Part shown: positions 6,002-10,413 of the stretch, piece after piece
Layout of the letters: each line of letters opens with the position of its first letter
Position numbering within the stretch: the first letter of the stretch is position 1
The notes under the pieces: generated by a model
What the model saw: only the letters and a program-made list of their open reading frames with translations
Database searches by the model: none
What the model was told of the DNA's origin: nothing
Position numbers and translations under genes: made by a program
Assembly (NCBI GenBank): GCA_046757525.1
Contig: JBHHYI010000146.1
Location: 1-10,413, forward strand
DNA: 10,413 bases
Direction: 5' to 3'
Source of the DNA: a bacterium
Lineage (GTDB): Bacteria; Zhuqueibacterota; Zhuqueibacteria; Oceanimicrobiales; Oceanimicrobiaceae

Positions 6002-7396
6002 ATGGAAGCCTTAATCATTGCTGCGGGAAGAGGAAGCCGTCTTAATCACCGATGTTCACCCAAACCTTTAACGCGTATTCTGGGCTTGAGCCTGATCGAA
6101 CGCGTCATTCTCCTCGGTAAAAGTGCCGGCATAGACGCCTTTAGAATCGTCGTTGGCTTTCAGGCCAATGAAATCATGTCCAGGATAGGGCATGGGGAAA
6201 AGTACGGTACTTTCATCGATTATATTTATAACCCCAATTGGGAAAAAGGCAACGGTGTCTCTTTGCTTGCGGCCAGGGACCACCTGCGCCAGCCGTTCAT
6301 TCTGTTCATGACCGACCATCTGTTTGAGAAGGCCATCATAAAAAAACTGATGAAGGTCAAATTGGAGGAAGATGAGTGTGTTCTGTGCATCGATCGCAAC
6401 CTGAAAGGCAGCCATTTTAGCTTAGACGATGCCACCAAAGTCTGGATTGAAGATGGCTACGTACAAACCATTGGTAAGACCATTCGCAGATACAATGCCC
6501 TGGACACCGGCATTTTTCTGTGTACGCCCATCATTTTTGAGGCTCTGGAACACAGCGTGGCAAATGGCGACTATGGCCTGTCGGGCGGCAACCAGATTCT
6601 ATCGAACATGGGCAAGCTGAAAACGCTGGATATCACCGGTCACGTTTGGGTTGATGTGGATGACGAAGTTGCCTACCAAAAGGCCAAACGCACGCTTATT
6701 CAAGGTCTGGAAAAAACCACAGACGGACCGATTGCGAGGAAAATCAACCGCAAGCTCTCCACCCCTATCTCGTCCATCCTGGCTAACTTCAACCTGTCGC
6801 CAAATTCTTTGACTCTGGTGAGTTTTGTGGTTGCGTTTTTTTCGGCCTTGTGCTTTTTTACCGGCGATTTTTCCAAAATAATCCTGGCCGGCATCTTGGC
6901 GCAGCTCTCGTCCATCTTAGACGGCTGCGATGGCGAAATCGCCCGGTTGAAGTTTCAACACAGCACCTTTGGAACCTGGCTTGACAAGGTGTTGGATCGC
7001 TACGCCGATGGCCTGATTTTGATCGGCATCACCCATGCTCTGTGGCTTCACACAGAAAACTACCATATATGGCTGCTCGGCACCCTGGCCATAATCGGCA
7101 CCTTCATGAATAGCTACACCGCTTTCGGGTATGACACCTTGTTAAAGAAGGAGCTGACCCGCCAACCGCCATACCTGAGATTGGGGCGGGATGTTCGCCT
7201 TTTCATCATATTCCTGGGTGCGCTTTTCAATCAACTTTTTTACACGCTGGCGCTTTTGGCAACCGTCACCAATGCTGAAGCGTTGAGGAGGCTTTTTGTA
7301 TTCAAGCATGTCGACCAAAGTTTTCGCCGAAATCGAAAGGACCATCTTACGGATTATATCTCAGTCCCCCATTCCGGAAGATTTGGCACACGCTAA
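6002..7396 (+). CDS. Bifunctional IPCT/DIPPS-like protein: nucleotidyltransferase (inositol-1-phosphate cytidylyltransferase-like) fused to CDP-alcohol phosphotransferase (di-myo-inositol-phosphate phosphate synthase-like)
   Basis: N-terminal NTP-transferase motifs ALIIAAGRGSRL, PKPL, WEKGNGVS, FMTDH, DTGIF, WVDVD. Membrane domain has DGPIARKINRKLS, PNSLT, the CDP-AP signature DGCDGEIAR-x-G-x3-D-x3-DR, and the NSY and RDVR motifs typical of DIPPS. Confidence 0.88.
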   Translation: MEALIIAAGRGSRLNHRCSPKPLTRILGLSLIERVILLGKSAGIDAFRIVVGFQANEIMSRIGHGEKYGTFIDYIYNPNWEKGNGVSLLAARDHLRQPFILFMTDHLFEKAIIKKLMKVKLEEDECVLCIDRNLKGSHFSLDDATKVWIEDGYVQTIGKTIRRYNALDTGIFLCTPIIFEALEHSVANGDYGLSGGNQILSNMGKLKTLDITGHVWVDVDDEVAYQKAKRTLIQGLEKTTDGPIARKINRKLSTPISSILANFNLSPNSLTLVSFVVAFFSALCFFTGDFSKIILAGILAQLSSILDGCDGEIARLKFQHSTFGTWLDKVLDRYADGLILIGITHALWLHTENYHIWLLGTLAIIGTFMNSYTAFGYDTLLKKELTRQPPYLRLGRDVRLFIIFLGALFNQLFYTLALLATVTNAEALRRLFVFKHVDQSFRRNRKDHLTDYISVPHSGRFGTR

Positions 7397-7895
7397 GAAT
7401 GTGCGATCGTGGGTAGTCAGGTTGAGGCCCAACGCCGGTTGGGCCTTGCGCATTGCGGCCTTGGCGCACGATATCGAAAGGGCCATGCCGGCAAGAAAGG
7501 TCAAGCGGCATGACTTCGCGGACTACGATCTCTTCAAGAAGGCGCATGCGCGCAACAGCGCCCGCATCGCCGCGGAGATCCTGAATCGGCAACCGGTGAC
7601 CGCAGCGTTCAAGGCCCGCGTCGCTTTTCTGATCCAGCATCACGAGTTTGGCTACCCACAAGATGACGAGCTTGCCGCGTTGAGAGATGCCGACGCCATT
7701 TCCTTTTTCGAAGTGAATTTGCCTTTTTACGCACAACGGCATTCCCAGGAGGAAACGTTTTTCAGAATGTGCTGGGGCAGCAAACGCTTGTCGCGACAGG
7801 CACGCAAGGTAGTGGGCAGATTTAACTATGAGGACGACAGGTTGAATGTTTTGCTCAAGAGGTGCCTCGGGCTGAAGGCCAGTGTCACGGCTTAG
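7308..7895 (+). CDS. HD-domain (DUF4202-like) putative metal-dependent phosphohydrolase
   Basis: Motifs EDLAHA (first His), ALAHDIERA (HD), KAHARNSA, QHHE and LRDADAISFF. Start is ATG 7308 or TTG 7296 (GAGGAGG at 7285-7291). Overlaps the 3' end of the IPCT/DIPPS gene. Confidence 0.85.
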   Translation: MSTKVFAEIERTILRIISQSPIPEDLAHAKNVRSWVVRLRPNAGWALRIAALAHDIERAMPARKVKRHDFADYDLFKKAHARNSARIAAEILNRQPVTAAFKARVAFLIQHHEFGYPQDDELAALRDADAISFFEVNLPFYAQRHSQEETFFRMCWGSKRLSRQARKVVGRFNYEDDRLNVLLKRCLGLKASVTA

Positions 7896-7938
7896 ATGCG
7901 GAAAGCCAATGCTTTGCCTGCAATTCTCAACTGCTGGC

Positions 7939-10110
7939 CTACCCATCGGGTGTGGAGCCATGACTCAGGTAAACGAGTCGTAAGATTTCGAGCTCTTCAT
8001 AACCCACCTCTTCCTGCAACGCTTCGTAGACCGGTTTCAAGAAATCTGAACCGAGTCGTTTAAAAAGTTCCATGACCGCCATCTGCTGTTCACCAGGTAG
8101 CCTGGAGAGCGCACGCAGGTCCGGGCCTGTGAGCAAATTGCCCGCTCTTGCAAATTTGTAGAGATGACTGAGCACAGTTCGCTGCTTGATGCCAAATCTC
8201 TGCATGATCTCTGCCACAGACATGCCGGCGTTGAACATTTCCCCAACCATTAGGTGTCGCGGCTTTTGTGCGGTAAAAGTGCGGGTGCGAACGGGCACCG
8301 TGGACTGTGGCTTTTCCCGAATCTGCTTCCTCTTGCAGAAACTGAAAATTGTGTCGAGAAAATGGGTGCCGTATTTTTCCAGTTTGACCTGGCCGACCCC
8401 ATGCAGACGCAGCAGACTCTGCTCAGACTGCGGGTAATAAGCGGCCATCTGTATGAGCGTGGTGTCCGGGAAAATGACGTAGGGCGGTACATTGGCGCGG
8501 TCTGCCAGCGTTTTGCGCTTGGCTTTAAGGATTTCAAACAGCTCGCGGTCGTAGTCTAAGTCGCTGATTTCAGTGCGAGAGATTGGCAACGGTTCCTCCT
8601 CGAGCAGGCCCTGGAACTTTTTCTCGCCTTGCAAGACAGCGCGGCCCTCAGTGGTGATTTTCAAGCTGCCATAAACCGGCTCTTTTTCCAGCAAGCCACT
8701 GCGGACAAACTGTCTGGAAAGATGAAACCACTGTTTCTTAGAAAACTCCCGGCCAATGCCGTAAGTGGAGAGGTTCGCATGTCCGTTCTTCAAAACTTTC
8801 TCTGACTTTGAGCCGCGCAGCACGTCGATGATATGGCTGGCGCCAAATATTTGCCGCGTGCGGTAGACGCAGGAGAGAAATTTCTGTGCAGCCACGGTCA
8901 GGTCCACAAGCTGCCGTTCTGTTGAGGTGCAGTTGTCGCACATACCGCAACTTTTTGTGGGGGCGGCCTCGCCGAAATAAGTCAAGAGAGGCGTGCGACG
9001 GCAGTGCGGGAACTCGGCAAAATCGATTAACGCCTGCAAATGTCTTTCCGCGTTGCGCCGCTCAGCCGGCTCTTTTTCCTCAAAAAAATAGCGAATCTTG
9101 GCGATGTCGCTGTAACTGAACAGCAGGAGACAGTGTGCCTGCAGGCCATCGCGACCCGCCCGGCCAATTTGCTGGTAGTAGCTCTCCAGATTCTTGGGCA
9201 AATCGAAATGGAGCACAAAGCGCACATTCGGTTTGTTGATGCCCATGCCAAAGGCAATGGTGGCGACGATAATCTGCGCTTCGTCTTTGCGAAAGAGCTC
9301 CTGATTGAGCTTGCGCTCGCCTTCTGGCAGTCCCGCGTGGTACGGTTTTACAGAAAAACCATTGGCTTGCAGCGTTGCAGATAGGTCTTCCACCTGCCGC
9401 CGCGAAAAACAGTAGATGATTCCGGACTGGTCTTTCATGGTTTGCAGGAACGCGATGGTCTGCCCGACCGGGTCGACTTTCGCGACCACTTGCAAAAACA
9501 GATTGGGCCGGTCAAAGCTGGCGATGAACTCGTTTGATTCATTGAATTCGAGATTCGCCTGGATGTCGCTTCGCACCCTCGGCGTGGCGGTGGCCGTAAG
9601 CGCAAGGCACACCGAGTTGGGAAAGCGCCTTCGGACGTGCGCCAGTTGCCGGTACTCGGGCCGGAAATCGTGCCCCCACTCCGAAATGCAGTGAGCTTCG
9701 TCAATGGTGAGGCAATCGATTTTGACCGCTGCAAGCAGGTTCAGCGTCCGCGACATCAGCATGGTTTCTGGCGCGAGGTAAAGCAGCTTGGCCCGTCCCT
9801 GTCGTACAGCCTCCACGTTGGCCCGGTAGGCATCGGCGCTGAGCGAGCTGTTCAGAACGGCTACTTCCACACCGAGCTCCGCGAGTTGCTCGACCTGGTC
9901 TTTCATCAAGGAAATGAGCGGCGAGACCACGACGGTTAGCCCGTCGAACAGAAGCGCAGGAATCTGGTAGCAGAGCGACTTGCCGCCGCCCGTCGGCATG
10001 ATCACCAGCGTGTCACGCTTGTGCAACACATTTTCGATGATCGCTTCCTGCAGCGGCCTGAACTCGTCATACCCGAACACACGCTTCAAAACCCGTTTGG
10101 CCTGGTTCAT
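7939..10110 (-). CDS. recQ: ATP-dependent DNA helicase RecQ (helicase core, RQC, HRDC, extra C-terminal HTH)
   Basis: MPTGGGKSLCYQIP, IDEAHCISEWGHDFRPEY, LTATAT, VATIAFGMGINKPNVR, YYQQIGRAGRDG, the Zn-binding CRR...CGMCDNC, HRDC (NVPPYVIFPDTTL...GVGQVKLEKYG), and a C-terminal helix-turn-helix segment (GMSVAEIMQRFGIKQRTVLSHL). Confidence 0.98.
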   Translation of the reverse strand: MNQAKRVLKRVFGYDEFRPLQEAIIENVLHKRDTLVIMPTGGGKSLCYQIPALLFDGLTVVVSPLISLMKDQVEQLAELGVEVAVLNSSLSADAYRANVEAVRQGRAKLLYLAPETMLMSRTLNLLAAVKIDCLTIDEAHCISEWGHDFRPEYRQLAHVRRRFPNSVCLALTATATPRVRSDIQANLEFNESNEFIASFDRPNLFLQVVAKVDPVGQTIAFLQTMKDQSGIIYCFSRRQVEDLSATLQANGFSVKPYHAGLPEGERKLNQELFRKDEAQIIVATIAFGMGINKPNVRFVLHFDLPKNLESYYQQIGRAGRDGLQAHCLLLFSYSDIAKIRYFFEEKEPAERRNAERHLQALIDFAEFPHCRRTPLLTYFGEAAPTKSCGMCDNCTSTERQLVDLTVAAQKFLSCVYRTRQIFGASHIIDVLRGSKSEKVLKNGHANLSTYGIGREFSKKQWFHLSRQFVRSGLLEKEPVYGSLKITTEGRAVLQGEKKFQGLLEEEPLPISRTEISDLDYDRELFEILKAKRKTLADRANVPPYVIFPDTTLIQMAAYYPQSEQSLLRLHGVGQVKLEKYGTHFLDTIFSFCKRKQIREKPQSTVPVRTRTFTAQKPRHLMVGEMFNAGMSVAEIMQRFGIKQRTVLSHLYKFARAGNLLTGPDLRALSRLPGEQQMAVMELFKRLGSDFLKPVYEALQEEVGYEELEILRLVYLSHGSTPDG

Positions 10111-10233
10111 GGTTCTGGTAGAACTAAGATTCTAAGACAAACAAAACAGTGTCGGCGATTGACCTTAAGTTTCAATCACCTTCGGGTCTGGCTATGACAA
10201 TGAGATTGTGCAAACGAGGTGTAAAGTACACTG

Positions 10234-10262
10234 AATATAAACAAATCAACTTGAAATTACAA
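10234..10262 (-). promoter_or_regulatory. Putative sigma70-type promoter for recQ
   Basis: Minus strand reads TTGTAA (10262-10257), 17 nt, TATATT (10239-10234). Confidence 0.5.
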
Positions 10263-10357
10263 TTGGAAAATTGGCAGGAGCTTTTCGCGATTAATCCGGC
10301 ATACGTCCATAGGCGTCAACTCAAGAGGTTTGCAGAGCTATTAGAATCGCGACCCCT

Positions 10358-10409
10358 CTCGTTCCAAAATTTTATTTTGGAACGCAATTGGTAGAGAAGC
10401 TCTGCTTCG
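10358..10409. repeat. REP/REPIN-like double-hairpin extragenic element, probably cut by the window edge
   Basis: Perfect 11-bp inverted repeat CGTTCCAAAAT-ttt-ATTTTGGAACG (10360-10384), followed by GAAGC-tct-GCTTC (10396-10408). Confidence 0.6.
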
Positions 10410-10413
10410 ATAG

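Noticed and set aside
7898..7921. Bidirectional terminator between the convergent HD and recQ genes
   Set aside because: Only a weak AAAGC/GCTTT stem with an imperfect extension and no U-tract on either strand.
7347..7961. 204-aa minus-strand ORF following recQ
   Set aside because: It is the antisense shadow of the HD gene, which has clear family motifs; this ORF has none.
7939..8250. C-terminal HTH extension of RecQ as a novelty
   Set aside because: RecQ proteins with an additional C-terminal helix-turn-helix after the HRDC domain are common in many bacteria.
10149..10394. 81-aa plus-strand ORF upstream of recQ
   Set aside because: No SD or motif, and it crosses the predicted recQ promoter and the palindromic repeat.

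Overview
Bacterial chromosomal window with six protein-coding genes. The minus strand carries recQ (7939-10110), then a three-gene run: a secreted amidohydrolase, a large beta-propeller/Y_Y_Y/HisKA_3 sensor kinase, and a NarL-type response regulator that stops before its DNA-binding domain. Between recQ and the amidohydrolase is a plus-strand two-gene unit: a bifunctional IPCT/DIPPS-like enzyme (nucleotidyltransferase fused to a CDP-alcohol phosphotransferase, di-myo-inositol-phosphate-type pathway) overlapping an HD-domain protein, behind a ~215-nt leader with alternative pairings. Sigma70-like promoters, strong Shine-Dalgarno sites and Gln-first mature proteins loosely suggest an FCB-related, non-Bacteroidia lineage (inference). 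The left edge is AT-rich with clustered dyads; the right edge has a REP-like double hairpin. The best leads are the HD protein as a candidate final phosphatase for the IPCT/DIPPS product, the possible regulatory leader RNA, and the receiver-only regulator. All calls come from reading the sequence by eye; no searches or folding were run.
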